Shown: one piece after another, positions 40,888 through 51,092 of the stretch
Position numbering within the stretch: position 1 is the stretch's first letter
Layout: every line of letters begins with the position of its first letter
Assembly: GCA_048937405.1 (NCBI GenBank)
Contig: JBHLNF010000004.1
Coordinates: 160,001 to 224,000 of the forward strand
Direction of reading: 5' to 3'
DNA: 64,000 nt
Origin: Promethearchaeota archaeon
GTDB lineage: Archaea > Asgardarchaeota > Lokiarchaeia > Sigyniarchaeales > SOKP01
Program-made: the position numbers and the translations under genes
The notes under the pieces: generated by a model
Database searches by the model: none
What the model saw: the letters and a program-made list of their open reading frames with translations, nothing else
Told to the model about the DNA's origin: nothing

Positions 40888-41436
40888 TTATGAATTTTCC
40901 CACCTCTTAATATTACTCTCAAGGCCAATCTGATCCAAAATTCTCCCAATTGTAAACTCAATAAGTTCATCTATATTTTTTGGTTTGGTATAATATGAAG
41001 GAATTGGAGGAAATATTACAACACCTAATTTTGCTAATTTATACATATTTTTCAAATGAATTGGACTGAAGGGTGTCTCTCTTACGACAAGAATAAGTTT
41101 CCTTTTTTCTTTTATTGCTACATCTGCAGCTCTAGTGATTAGATTATTTGCATAACCATTCGCAATTGCAGAGAGAGATTTCATTGAACAGGGAATTATA
41201 ATCATCGAATCTAATATATAAGATCCACTTGCGGGAGGTGCTAATAAATCATTTACATCATAATTCTTATCAGCTAATTTACGGATCTCTGATATATTAT
41301 AATCTGTTTCAATGGAAACAATCTTTTCAGCATTTTCTGAAATAATTAACTCTGTTTTAATATTCTTTTGTTTAAGTATTTCCAGAAATTTAATTGCCAA
41401 ATGAATTCCAGTGGCACCAGTGACCGCAACTAACAT
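40888..41436 (-). CDS. ubiX: Flavin prenyltransferase UbiX
   Basis: VTGATG, APPASGS, IIPCSMKSLSAIANG, RAADV.IKE.R.L.L..RETP. Confidence 0.95.
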   Translation of the reverse strand: MLVAVTGATGIHLAIKFLEILKQKNIKTELIISENAEKIVSIETDYNISEIRKLADKNYDVNDLLAPPASGSYILDSMIIIPCSMKSLSAIANGYANNLITRAADVAIKEKRKLILVVRETPFSPIHLKNMYKLAKLGVVIFPPIPSYYTKPKNIDELIEFTIGRILDQIGLESNIKRWENS

Positions 41437-41616
41437 TTTTCAAGTTCTTATTATTTTTAAATAAACATCAATTTTATTTAATCAATTATGATTTCTAGTT
41501 CTTATTCTTTTTTGAAATGATAGATAAAAGAAAAGCACTTTTGATTAGTGTTAATTATATTAGATAATCATCAAATCCCATAAAAAAAAATATGAGATAA
41601 TAATTTAAATTAATAA

Positions 41617-42000
41617 TTATGCTGTATTAGCGTGTTTTATATGTTCGAAAATTTCATTCAAATCATTCAAATCAAAAGGTTTTATTAAATAGCCATCTGC
41701 TTTTGATTCAAGTGCTTTTATCGCTACTTCTGCCTCTGAAAGTCCTGTAAAAAAATAAATTAATATTTCTCTGAATTTCTTTTTTTTCTTGAGAAGTTTG
41801 CAAAATTCAAATCCATTTGAATCTGGTAGATTGACATCTAAAAATATTAATTTAGGTTTATGGCTACATAATTCTTCTTTTGCTGCTGAAATGCTTTCAA
41901 CAGCTTTACAAGTAAATCCTTTTAACTTTAAAATTTGTTGTAAGAGATTTATTATGAATCTACTATCATCTACAATTAAAATCTCATATTCAGAAGAAAT
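41617..42000 (-). CDS. Stand-alone response regulator receiver (CheY-like), apparent ATT start; not in the ORF track
   Basis: ISSEYEILIVDDSRF...PKLIFLDVNLPDSNGFEFC...FFTG...ADGYLIKPFD; 127 aa; in-frame TAG three codons upstream of the ATT. Confidence 0.85.
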   Translation of the reverse strand: MSSEYEILIVDDSRFIINLLQQILKLKGFTCKAVESISAAKEELCSHKPKLIFLDVNLPDSNGFEFCKLLKKKKKFREILIYFFTGLSEAEVAIKALESKADGYLIKPFDLNDLNEIFEHIKHANTA

Positions 42001-42172
42001 AGGTGCCTATCAACCCCGGAATTTTTGCCTTATTAATTAGAGTATTATATTTCTTATTAATTTCATATATCCAAAGAAAAAAAGATTATTTAAAGGTGGG
42101 TTTGCTGAACAAATTACGTAATAATGTCATGTAATAGTAAAAACTGAAAAGAAATATAATATATTTTTAAAG

Positions 42173-43249
42173 TCAAAATTTTCTCTCAATTACAAAATTT
42201 AAAAGGTTTTCATAGAATTCCAACTCAGATTCATTGATAACTTTGCTTAACCGATCTAGAGATGATTTTGCCTCATTAAAATATGACTTTGCCAATCCTC
42301 TGCATGAATTGATAACTCCTGCTTCCTGAAATAAATTTTTAATCTCTTGAACATCATCAGGTGTCATATCTGGCTTTTCTATTAATTGATTAAGTTTGTT
42401 TTTCTTACTTCCATCTAATTTATTTAACGCTTCAATTAATAAACAAGTCTTTTTACCTTCTCTGATGTCGCCATCAGTTGGTTTTCCAGTTACTTTTTCA
42501 TCTCCAAATGTTCCCAAGATATCATCTATTATTTGAAAAATAACACCAAGATTGATTCCATAAATTGAAAGATCTTTTAAAGAGCCCTCATTAACCTTTG
42601 CATAATTTGCACCAATTAAAACTGATTTTTCAATTAATGCTCCAGTTTTTAATGAGATCATTTTGATGTAATCTGCCATTGTAAGATTTTTCTTATTAAC
42701 CATATCTGTTTCAATTAATACTCCATTTGCAATTTCGATGAAAGCTTGTTTATAGTAATCAATTGCTTTTAAATTAAGATCTTTCTCGAACTCATTCAAA
42801 AGATATGATTCTAATCCTAAAAAGTACGCAGAATCACCACCTATAATGCCTATTGAATATCCAAAATCAAAATCAATCATTTTTTTTAATTTATATTTTC
42901 GATGATAATTTCGGAATCTGAAGTGGAAAGAAGGTTTTCCTCGTCTAAAATCATCTTTATCAATTATATCATCATGAATAAGGGAAGCATTGTGAAGAAA
43001 TTCTACCCCCACACTTGGTAAAACAATCTTCTCATCATTTTTTTCATTGAAAGCATTATAAGTAGCAATACATAACAATGGTCTGATTCTTTTTCCGCCT
43101 GAAAGAAAATAATTTTTTAATTCAGAATAATAATCTTTCAAAAAAGCATTTTCCACACTATTTAATTTCCTATCATAAATAAATTTTATAGCATCATTAA
43201 TTTTAGGAATAAATTGTTTTGAATACTCAATAAATTTCATATTAATCAC
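42173..43249 (-). CDS. Polyprenyl (geranylgeranyl) diphosphate synthase
   Basis: GGKRIRP, LIHDDIIDKDDFRRG, KTGAL, FQIIDDILG, DIREGKKT. Confidence 0.95.
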   Translation of the reverse strand: MINMKFIEYSKQFIPKINDAIKFIYDRKLNSVENAFLKDYYSELKNYFLSGGKRIRPLLCIATYNAFNEKNDEKIVLPSVGVEFLHNASLIHDDIIDKDDFRRGKPSFHFRFRNYHRKYKLKKMIDFDFGYSIGIIGGDSAYFLGLESYLLNEFEKDLNLKAIDYYKQAFIEIANGVLIETDMVNKKNLTMADYIKMISLKTGALIEKSVLIGANYAKVNEGSLKDLSIYGINLGVIFQIIDDILGTFGDEKVTGKPTDGDIREGKKTCLLIEALNKLDGSKKNKLNQLIEKPDMTPDDVQEIKNLFQEAGVINSCRGLAKSYFNEAKSSLDRLSKVINESELEFYENLLNFVIERKF

Positions 43250-43588
43250 ATTCTTTTCAAATTATGATATTTCATTAAAGATTGATTATCAATTTTATTA
43301 AAATAATTAAGTTTTTCAATTAAGTTAATATAACGCTTGTTTCAATAAAGATTTTGGCTACTTAACTTAATTTCAAGGATCAAAACTAGTTATTTTTATT
43401 GAGTAGGTGTCAACTTCAGCTCAAAATACTTTAGAATTCTGAAAATCAACCAAATTATCTAAATCATAGAGATAATTTTTGAATTTTCTATAAAAATGTC
43501 AGGGACTCTTTGCTTATTTTTATAAATATTAAATTTTTAATTTGATTAGTTAATTAATTAATTATAAAATTGTCATAGAATTGTTATA

Positions 43589-45271
43589 TTGAAGATAACT
43601 CACAAAAAATTAGGGAAAAAAAAAACCGGATTATTAATAAGTATAGTTATAAGTATCATAGGCTTAATTCCTCTTCTAATTATAACTTTTAATCCAGAAA
43701 TGAAACAATCATACAATATAGAACACTTATTACTTAAATCTGAAGATGGAATATATATTAGTGCTTTTAAATATGCACCTAAAGGAGAGAAAAGTCATGG
43801 CGGGGTAGTTGTTAGTCATAGCTTATTAGGGAACAAAATCCATATGCAAGCTTTATGTATAGAGCTTGCGAGATATGGATTTACAGTTATTAATTTAGAT
43901 TTTAGGGGTCATGGGGCTTCTACAGGTTATTATTCACCAAGTGAATTAGTAAATGATATCAGAGTTGCTGTTGAATATCTCGAATCGGAATTACCTTATA
44001 TTACTGAAATTGGACTTATTGGGCATTCACTAGGTGCGGTAGTAGCATTAGATTTTATAAAAGAGTATCCAAATAGAATTAATGCAACTGTATCAATTGG
44101 ACATGTCCCTCTTTGTGCTCAATCCATTCCGAATCTTTTAATAGCTGTAGGATCTTTCGAGCCAGGATTCTCAGAGGAATTCCTTCTAAGAGCATTAAGA
44201 TGTAATTCAGGACTTGAAAATGTGAGTATAGGAGTCACATATGGGGATTTTGCTCATGGAAATGCAACAAAAGTCTTTATAGGGTCATTCTCCGAACATC
44301 TTTTTACTGTTAAAGATCCTGTAATTATTTCCCAAATAATTCAGTGGTTAAGACACTCTTTTAATGAAGAAGAAATTAATAAAGTCAATATTATTTCACC
44401 AATTTTTGAAGTGTTTTCATATATTTTTCTATTTGGATTAACCTCACTTAATTTTGTAATAATAGTATATTTTAGCAATTATCTCTTTGATCGTAAGGTA
44501 TTTTTTTCTAAAAAAGAGGTTGTAAATGAAATAACAGATATATCCCTTAAAAAATTAATAGAATATTATACTTTTCCAATTGCTATAATTCAATTTGCTA
44601 TTTTTATTTTTATATGGAATGGTCTATCTGATAATATTCCAATCTCTACAGTTAATATAACTTTTATACTTCTTGCCAGTTCTGGACTTGGAATTATTTT
44701 TATATACTTTTTTTTTGTATTTGCGAAGCAAAAGAATCGAAATAACATGAAATTATTTTTAACAATAAAGAAATGGCTCTTATTCAATATTAACCGTTCA
44801 ATAATATACGGGATCTTTTCAGCTTTGTTATTAATATTAACTATATCAACAGTATGGTATTGGAATGTTCAATATATTTTACCTACTAACATAAATTTTG
44901 TAATAATAATCATATTAATACTAATAACAGTTCCCTTTTTTCTAATTAGAGAATTTTATTTCAGGACAGTCCAAGAAAAATTAAATTATACAAATAAAAT
45001 TAAAGAATATTTTATTATGGTGGGAATTGGAATTTTCATGGATAATTTGATTTTGGTTACAATGAAGTTTTTTAGTTGGATGAATTTTGTTTATATACCA
45101 TTAGGTGGAGATTATCTTTTAGTTTGGATATTAATGTCGATTATTCAACAGATTATGGTTACGTGGATTTATATATATTCAGGGAGAAATATTGTAAGTT
45201 CTGCAATATTCCTTAGCATTATCTATGCGTGGATTACAGTAATCTTTCTCCCTTCTTATGGGTTCATGTAA
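43589..45271 (+). CDS. Alpha/beta hydrolase with C-terminal multi-TM domain
   Basis: DFRGHG, GHSLG nucleophile elbow, EH; several C-terminal TM segments. Confidence 0.85.
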   Translation: MKITHKKLGKKKTGLLISIVISIIGLIPLLIITFNPEMKQSYNIEHLLLKSEDGIYISAFKYAPKGEKSHGGVVVSHSLLGNKIHMQALCIELARYGFTVINLDFRGHGASTGYYSPSELVNDIRVAVEYLESELPYITEIGLIGHSLGAVVALDFIKEYPNRINATVSIGHVPLCAQSIPNLLIAVGSFEPGFSEEFLLRALRCNSGLENVSIGVTYGDFAHGNATKVFIGSFSEHLFTVKDPVIISQIIQWLRHSFNEEEINKVNIISPIFEVFSYIFLFGLTSLNFVIIVYFSNYLFDRKVFFSKKEVVNEITDISLKKLIEYYTFPIAIIQFAIFIFIWNGLSDNIPISTVNITFILLASSGLGIIFIYFFFVFAKQKNRNNMKLFLTIKKWLLFNINRSIIYGIFSALLLILTISTVWYWNVQYILPTNINFVIIIILILITVPFFLIREFYFRTVQEKLNYTNKIKEYFIMVGIGIFMDNLILVTMKFFSWMNFVYIPLGGDYLLVWILMSIIQQIMVTWIYIYSGRNIVSSAIFLSIIYAWITVIFLPSYGFM

Positions 45272-45352
45272 ATTAATTCTTTTAATATAATTTCTAGAAA
45301 CGAAAAGAATTACGATAGTATAATAAAGATGAAAAAAAGTATATAGATTAAT

Positions 45353-46471
45353 TCATAGTAGTCTTTTCATAACTATTTCAGAACTACGATACTTTTCCCA
45401 TAAAGAAAGAAATTTTTTTAAACTCTCATCATTTTTGAATATTTGATTACGAGCTATTCTTTTAGCTTTAAGAACTCGAAGAAATTTTCTATCCAAATTT
45501 TTTTCATAAAATATTCCAAGTTTATCCAATTTATCCCTTTTTTCACAAGTATTAATAGTTTCAATTGCTATTTGCCCACTCATCATTGCATAAGGAATTC
45601 CTTTTCCGCTAATTGGGTCTACAATTCCCCCTGCATCACCTACAGCAAATACGTTATTCTCATAAAGTTTTGATCTTAATCCCACTGGAATTAGATGGGC
45701 TTTGTAGATGTTCAAGTTAGAGTTGATAAGAGAATTTTTGACAAAAGGTAGGTTTTCAAACTTTTTAAATTCCTCCCTAGAATTCTTAACTAAATTAATT
45801 TGATTTCCCCATCCTACTGTAATTGTTTCTGATTTTGGAAATAACCAAGCATAACCAATTGGAATAAAACTTTTTATTCCAAAAAATGCATGAATTGCAT
45901 CATCACCTAATTTAGTTTTAATATTTTCTTTAGAAGTTTTCATTTCTTTAGTAATTGTCAAAATTACATTCTCTTTTGTGAAATAAGGCCATCCTAGTAA
46001 TTTTAGGGTTGTAGAGGTGGCACCATCAGAAGCAATAATATATTTAGCAGTATATTTTCCTTTGGTGGTAATAAGACTATAAAATCCATTATTCTTTTCA
46101 ATATGAGTTAAAGATTCATTTTCTTTCAAAGTTGCTCCACTATCAATAGCCATATCACTTAGAAATTTATCAAATACATTTCTCCAAACAGTTATACCTT
46201 TTCCTTTTTTAGAACATCTATCGCCATCTACGTGATGAAGTTCCAAGGATTCAAAATTACGGCTAATTTTATCCTCTGGATAATCTATCTCTTCAACTAA
46301 CTCCCACCCTATTGCACCTCCACATGCTTTATATCGTCCATTGTCTCCAATTACCTCCTTTTCAATAATACAGGTTTTATAACCACTTTCAGCAGCTACC
46401 TTACCCGCTATAGAACCTCCTGGACCTGCTCCTATAATAAAAATATCATAATCAATGTTAGAATCTTCCAT
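45353..46471 (-). CDS. Geranylgeranyl reductase-family FAD oxidoreductase
   Basis: GAGPGGS, KACGG, GYAWLFPK, VGDAGGIVDPISGKGI. Confidence 0.88.
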   Translation of the reverse strand: MEDSNIDYDIFIIGAGPGGSIAGKVAAESGYKTCIIEKEVIGDNGRYKACGGAIGWELVEEIDYPEDKISRNFESLELHHVDGDRCSKKGKGITVWRNVFDKFLSDMAIDSGATLKENESLTHIEKNNGFYSLITTKGKYTAKYIIASDGATSTTLKLLGWPYFTKENVILTITKEMKTSKENIKTKLGDDAIHAFFGIKSFIPIGYAWLFPKSETITVGWGNQINLVKNSREEFKKFENLPFVKNSLINSNLNIYKAHLIPVGLRSKLYENNVFAVGDAGGIVDPISGKGIPYAMMSGQIAIETINTCEKRDKLDKLGIFYEKNLDRKFLRVLKAKRIARNQIFKNDESLKKFLSLWEKYRSSEIVMKRLL

Positions 46472-46609
46472 AAAAAATCATTCTTAAAATATTACTATTA
46501 AAATTATAAAATTTACAACTCCTTTTAAGGCATTTCAAATATCTAAGAATAGTATTATTTTTAATTAAAGATAGAATCAAAAATAGACTTAAATAAAAAT
46601 ATTACACTA

Positions 46610-48139
46610 TTAATTCAATATAGATCTTCCAATTACACTTGAATGTGGATTAATTCCTAATAAATCTAACAGAGTAGGAACTATATCTGTTGTTTTACAA
46701 TATGCTAATTCCATTTCAGGAATATTCGATGATCCACCAATGATGAATGGAACAATCATTGACTCTCTAAGTCCGTTATCATGAGAATATAGTGAAGTAC
46801 CTGTAGTTTTTCCATGTTCATAATTGAAATTGTATTCACCTAATGTTGAGATCATAATATCACATGACCTAGGATTTTTAAAATAACGAGGGATCTGATC
46901 TATAATCATTGGAAATTCAGAATTATTTGTAGCTTCCAACCATTCTTCAATAGTATGAAACTTGCCATCTAATATTTTTGTTGATTTTTCATTTTCATTA
47001 TATCCATAAAATTCCTTTTCACTAAATAGATATTTAGTTCTTTGTTGTTGGCCAAAACCCTGAAATTCGATTCTCCCTTTAATTATTTTTCCAGATCTTT
47101 TTTCTCGATACTCAATATTAATCGATCCTTTCTCAGGTTTATTATCATCCTCTCTATAATACATGTAATTTACACCAGGAATTTTCCATAATAACTCAAT
47201 AAGATTTAAATTTGTTTTCCCACTTCCACTTATCTTAAAATTATGTAACTGCTGAATTGTGGGGTGATGATGCCAGGTGTCTCCTGGAAAATTGAAAAAG
47301 CCAACTGAACCAAAATTACAATCGAAATCTCCAGTTCCCTTTTGAGGGATATATGGTCTCAATCCATTTTGTTGAAAAAACGGTTCAAGATCAAGATATT
47401 TTTTTGCTTTAAAATTACCATGATCGGAAATTATACCAATTGCAGTAGAATCGTAATATCCTGTTTTTTTTAATACATCTATTAAAGAACCAATATATTT
47501 ATCACAGTCAATTAATAAATTGAGATACTCAGGATCATTATATCCCTTTTTATGTACAATATCATCAGTTTGGAAAACATAACTTACACTTATTGAAGGG
47601 ATTTCATTATCTGGAAAAAATTTTTTTGGATGTATAAATGCATCAGATATATTTTTAAATATACCTTCTACATCAAATACGCTTTTTCCAACAAGAAAAT
47701 AAGCTCCACGAAATAAAAAACAACTAGAACTTAAATTGTTTCGTTGAGGAGCTTGTTCAAAAATAGTTTTCACATTTTTTCCAATATCTTTATTAATTTT
47801 TAGTGTTTGAGATCTATCCCCATAATTACGAATGAAAGGAGGTTTTTTACTTTCTGATGGAGGATCATCCCTATTTAACCAATGATATAACGGAACAGCA
47901 CTTCCTTCTTTGGGAAAATATCCTGAATATGCTCCAGTAACTATATTACCATAGCAAGGAAAAGTAATAGCAGGATATGAAGTAATACAATTTGAGCATT
48001 TTATACCATTATTTGCTATTTGAGTTATATTAGGGAGTTTACCCTTACTTATCAAACCATATAAATATTCAGCACGGATATTATCAAGAATAATTAGAAT
48101 AATTTGATTAACTTTAGATTTCCTAACCATTATAATCAA
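46610..48139 (-). CDS. Alkaline phosphatase superfamily / nucleotide pyrophosphatase
   Basis: LIILDNIR, YPAITFP, DDIVH, ISDHG, SHDNG, DIVPT. Confidence 0.82.
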   Translation of the reverse strand: MIIMVRKSKVNQIILIILDNIRAEYLYGLISKGKLPNITQIANNGIKCSNCITSYPAITFPCYGNIVTGAYSGYFPKEGSAVPLYHWLNRDDPPSESKKPPFIRNYGDRSQTLKINKDIGKNVKTIFEQAPQRNNLSSSCFLFRGAYFLVGKSVFDVEGIFKNISDAFIHPKKFFPDNEIPSISVSYVFQTDDIVHKKGYNDPEYLNLLIDCDKYIGSLIDVLKKTGYYDSTAIGIISDHGNFKAKKYLDLEPFFQQNGLRPYIPQKGTGDFDCNFGSVGFFNFPGDTWHHHPTIQQLHNFKISGSGKTNLNLIELLWKIPGVNYMYYREDDNKPEKGSINIEYREKRSGKIIKGRIEFQGFGQQQRTKYLFSEKEFYGYNENEKSTKILDGKFHTIEEWLEATNNSEFPMIIDQIPRYFKNPRSCDIMISTLGEYNFNYEHGKTTGTSLYSHDNGLRESMIVPFIIGGSSNIPEMELAYCKTTDIVPTLLDLLGINPHSSVIGRSILN

Positions 48140-48254
48140 AAAACATCCAAATATATATTTTAAATTTAGATAATATACATAAAATATGATTCTATAAACT
48201 AGTAAATCTCATAGGTATTTAGATATATATATTCACTTTTTTTATAAAATTATT

Positions 48255-48453
48255 ATGAAATCGTCAGATGCATGTAAATTACTATAAGTTACAAAGCCTA
48301 CAATATATAGATATAAAAAAAATGGATTCATAAAAACAAGTCGTTTACCTAATGGAAGAGATTATTTTTTTAATGCATTACTTTGCCATGAAAATGTATA
48401 ATAAACGAAAAAAAGCTATAATTCAACAATTAATATCAAAAGATGATGCTTAA
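48255..48453 (+). pseudogene. tnpA: IS607 serine-recombinase TnpA remnant (nonsense codon plus internal deletion)
   Basis: MKSSDACKLL*VTKPTIYRYKKNGFIKTSRLPNGR (MerR-like HTH) joined out of frame to EIIFLMHYFAMKMYNKRKK (C-terminal helix); catalytic domain absent. Confidence 0.75.
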
Positions 48454-49644
48454 CTGAAATTAACTGAGATCATCCAGATAAAGAAATCAAAGGAGCTATC
48501 TAAGCTGTGTCACTTAGCTAAGAATTTATATAATTTATCTAATTGGTATTATAGACAAGAGTTCTTCAATTTGGGTAACTTTCTCAGTTATTACGATCTG
48601 GATTTCATTTTAAAACATCATGAATGCTATAAAAACTTGCCAGCTCAAACTTCTCAGCAAATATTAAAGTTAGTAATCCAGAATTGGAAATCTTACTTTA
48701 GAGCTAAGAGAGAATGGAATATAAACAAGTTCAAGTTTAAGCGTGTTCCTAAGATACCAAAATATAAGAGAAAAGACGGAGAGTTCATTGTCATTTTCAC
48801 GAATCAGAATGCAAGGATAAAAGATGATGGATGTCTTCATTTTCCCAAGAAATGTGATTTAAAACCTGTTAAGACTCGCATTATGAAATTTCAACAGGTT
48901 AGGGTAATACCATTTGGGGATAGATATAAAATAGAAATAATATACGAGAGAGAACCAAAAGATTTAGGTTTGAATAAGGATGCTGTATTAAGTATTGATT
49001 TGGGTTTGAACAATCTCATAACTGCTGTAAATAATATTGGTTTAAAACCTTTTATTGTTAAAGGTGGGAATGTCAAATCTGTAAATCACTATTATAACAA
49101 GCAATTAGCACATTATAGAAGCATTGAAAGTAAGAAGGGTAATCTTGTAGATACTAAAAGAATTAGAAGATTACACCTGAAGAGAAATATAAAGATTATG
49201 GATCACTTCCATAAGATCTCTAAGAAGGTGATTACATATTGTAATGAAAATGATATAGGGACAGTAGTAATTGGATATAACGAAGGGTGGAAGCAGAAAT
49301 GCACTATAGGGAGGGTAAATAATCAAAAATTTGTTCAAATTCCTTTTAATAAATTAATTAAACAAATTGCATATAAAGGAGAGTTGATTGGTATTGATGT
49401 AGTGTCAATAGATGAGAGCTATACGAGTAAATGCTCGTTTTTAGATGGAGAAGAAATCAAGAAACATTCCAAGTATACAGGGAAGAGAGTTAAACGAGGA
49501 TTATTCAAATCTCACATTGGAATAATTATTAATGCCGATGTGAATGCAGGATATAACATCATGAAGAAAGCATTCCCAAATTCCATAAATGAAGATGGGA
49601 TACAGGGTTTGGTGTTAAACCCACAAATTATCAAGATTTCTTGA
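48454..49644 (+). CDS. tnpB: RNA-guided endonuclease TnpB
   Basis: Frame is open from CTG at 48454 (KLTEIIQIKKSKELSKLCHLAKNLYN); SIDLGLNN, DESYTSKC, INADVNAGYNI. Confidence 0.92.
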   Translation: MKLTEIIQIKKSKELSKLCHLAKNLYNLSNWYYRQEFFNLGNFLSYYDLDFILKHHECYKNLPAQTSQQILKLVIQNWKSYFRAKREWNINKFKFKRVPKIPKYKRKDGEFIVIFTNQNARIKDDGCLHFPKKCDLKPVKTRIMKFQQVRVIPFGDRYKIEIIYEREPKDLGLNKDAVLSIDLGLNNLITAVNNIGLKPFIVKGGNVKSVNHYYNKQLAHYRSIESKKGNLVDTKRIRRLHLKRNIKIMDHFHKISKKVITYCNENDIGTVVIGYNEGWKQKCTIGRVNNQKFVQIPFNKLIKQIAYKGELIGIDVVSIDESYTSKCSFLDGEEIKKHSKYTGKRVKRGLFKSHIGIIINADVNAGYNIMKKAFPNSINEDGIQGLVLNPQIIKIS

Positions 49645-49773
49645 TAATTTTAAATAAGATTAGGTAAGTGTTACTAGTTTTGATAACATTAAAAATCAGA
49701 GGTTATATTTGAAATTTAAACTTTTCCTTTTTAAAGATAAAATTTTTGTTTAATAGAATATTTAAAATATTTA

Positions 49774-50874
49774 ATGAGTGAATCTTTTGAACATAATTTC
49801 CTTATAGGAATTTTTGGGGAAAATTTAGATTATAATAAACTTATTGGACAAGCATTAGGAGCTCCTGGTACATCGTCAGATATTCAATTTTTTAATCGAC
49901 TTGATGCTGAATTAAATCAAGTATTTTGTGCTTTAACTCCTCTGAACTATCCTGATAAAATTAAGCCTTTTTTACAAACATTAGTTTTAACTAATATTCA
50001 TATCTTAAATCTTGATATAAATATTGACTTGAATGCTATTATTGGAGAATTAATTGTAGGAATAGACCTATTCCATCAATTATTTGACACTAAAGTTGTA
50101 ATAGTTATTTCTGGAATTACATCAAATAATGAATGGAAGGTATCAGATTTTAGGATAAAAATTAAAAAAATTCTTGATGCTACAAGTCTAAGGGATACAG
50201 AAATTTTTAGTTTAAATAATAAAGAAGCTTATAATAATCTTAAAAAAAAAATTGTTGAACTTGGAATTACTCATCAAGACACAAATGTAGAAACAGAGGG
50301 AATTACCAAAATATTAATAGATCATGCCTTCTCTGTAAAAGGTATTGGTACTGTTATTTTAGGAATTGTCAAGGAAGGTACAGTTAATACAGGTCAGATG
50401 TTGGAATTAATAGGATATAATAATTCTACAAAAAAGGTGATTATACGAAGTATTCAGAAACATGATAGAAATTTTAAAACTGCAATTATGGGTGATCGAG
50501 TCGGACTTGCGTTAAAAGGAAATATTTCGGTAGATGAGATAAGCAGAGATATTACATTAACTAGTCAAGGTATATATAAGCAGGAAGTTTTTATTAAAGC
50601 AAGAGTTTTTATCAATCAATTTTTTAAACCTAAGAATAATAAAATTATACCCGGAGATGGTATTCAATATAGTGTAATGGTAGACTTAAGGACGGCACCA
50701 TGCAAATTTGTTGATGGTGAAGAAATATCTCCAGGAAATAGTGGAGTAGTCAATTTAAAATTTCATAAACCACTTTATCATGATGGTTCTGGATTAAAAG
50801 GTATTATTACAAACCTCTCACGTTTTGAAAATAAATTAAGAATAATTGGATATTTTATTCAAATTTTAAATTAA
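49774..50874 (+). CDS. SelB-like / EF-Tu-like protein with degenerate G domain
   Basis: IDHAFSVKGIGTVILG, IRSIQKHD, GDRVGLALK; no intact P-loop. Confidence 0.8.
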   Translation: MSESFEHNFLIGIFGENLDYNKLIGQALGAPGTSSDIQFFNRLDAELNQVFCALTPLNYPDKIKPFLQTLVLTNIHILNLDINIDLNAIIGELIVGIDLFHQLFDTKVVIVISGITSNNEWKVSDFRIKIKKILDATSLRDTEIFSLNNKEAYNNLKKKIVELGITHQDTNVETEGITKILIDHAFSVKGIGTVILGIVKEGTVNTGQMLELIGYNNSTKKVIIRSIQKHDRNFKTAIMGDRVGLALKGNISVDEISRDITLTSQGIYKQEVFIKARVFINQFFKPKNNKIIPGDGIQYSVMVDLRTAPCKFVDGEEISPGNSGVVNLKFHKPLYHDGSGLKGIITNLSRFENKLRIIGYFIQILN

Positions 50875-51092
50875 GAATTTAAATTTCCTTATTCGCCAAG
50901 TTAAATAATTGTTCAGCATGATTATTATCAAGACTAATTAATGTAATTTAGATAACTTCTACGTTAAAACATATTTTTATCTTAAATTTAAGATTAATTA
51001 ATATAAATCCTAAACTAAATATTGTCGTATAGAATTTGAATTTATAATTATTAAACATTTATAAGAATAATAGATTAAAGTATAAAGTAATA

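Larger units (their letters stand above)
48190..49690 (+). mobile_element. Non-autonomous IS607-family element (degenerate tnpA plus tnpB); ends approximate
   Basis: tnpA remnant directly followed by tnpB; subterminal inverted AAACTAGTAA (48196-48205) / TTACTAGTTT (49671-49680). Confidence 0.75.

Noticed and set aside
41789-42040. 83 aa plus-strand ORF in the track
   Set aside because: Antisense shadow of the minus-strand receiver-domain gene
49774-50874. Bona fide SelB / selenoprotein locus
   Set aside because: The G domain is degenerate, and no in-frame UGA gene or convincing SECIS was found nearby
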